DNA from: Felis catus
Lineage: Eukaryota
Direction of reading: 5' to 3'
Length of the DNA: 64,000 nucleotides
Assembly (NCBI RefSeq): GCF_018350175.1
Contig: NC_058373.1
Coordinates: 115,384,001-115,448,000 of the forward strand
Under the pieces are notes generated by a model. The model was not told the origin of the DNA. It worked only from the letters and a program-made list of their open reading frames with translations, and ran no database searches. Positions 63,686 through 64,000 of this stretch are shown piece after piece. The position numbers and the translations under genes are program-made. Position 1 is the stretch's first letter, and every line of letters begins with the position of its first letter.

Positions 63686-63785
63686 GTGCAGTGCCATACT
63701 TACACAGGGTACTGCTGGTGTGTCACCCCAGATGGGAAGCCCATCAGTGGCTCTTCTGTGCAGAATAAAACTCCTGTATGTTCAG
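63686..63785 (+). CDS. SMOC1: SMOC1 exon 4, C-terminal half of thyroglobulin type-1 domain 1; 100 bp, phase 0 to 1
   Basis: Acceptor cttccccgaacag ends at 63685 and donor CAG/gtaccg starts at 63786. Translates VQCHTYTGYCWCVTPDGKPISGSSVQNKTPVCS, with the QC and CWCV thyroglobulin type-1 motifs. Confidence 0.97.
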
Positions 63786-64000
63786 GTACCGTAGGGAGGG
63801 GCGGGAAGAAAGAAAAGAGCTGGAGAGAGACCCTTAGCTGGTCTCCTGCCTCTCGCGGGGGAACCTTTGAAAACTGGTTGAAAGACGGGTGGTGGTTAGG
63901 AGCCCTCTTCCAGGTCAGGGAGGATTCCATTCGAACACGCTGCTCTGCAGTCAGCTGGATGATGGGGTCCGTATAGGCCCATGTGTATGTATTTCTTTAT

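Noticed and set aside
63473..63976. 167-aa ORF spanning exon 4 (likewise 34075-34383 and 32979-33227)
   Set aside because: Only the exon portions match SMOC1; the extensions are read-through into intron beyond clear splice sites.

Overview
Mammalian genomic DNA, almost certainly from a felid, judged by the abundant feline-type CAN-SINEs (SINEC_Fc-like) and a feline-type L1 5'UTR/ORF1. The window lies inside SMOC1 (SPARC-related modular calcium-binding protein 1) on the + strand. It holds three coding exons with clean AG/GT boundaries and a continuous frame: 32883-33048 (Kazal/follistatin-like domain), 34208-34320 and 63686-63785 (thyroglobulin type-1 domain). The rest is intron: about 20 CAN-SINEs (many with readable TSDs), a near-full-length old antisense L1 (about 39.6-50.4 kb) with nested insertions, ancient MIR/L2/CR1/MaLR/hAT relics and microsatellites. 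No RNA genes, CRISPR or prokaryotic-type system is visible, and nearly all listed ORFs are spurious. The most unusual items are a perfect 48-bp inverted repeat in unique sequence with a template-switch-like junction (28966-29013 / 29814-29861), a diverged 131-bp inverted repeat I cannot assign to a known TE (51410-51540 / 52868-52998), and a TSD-flanked, poly(A)-less L1 copy carrying only 5'UTR+ORF1 (42143-44969). Repeat family names come from recall of consensus sequences, not from a database search. I cannot claim a new biological system from this sequence alone.
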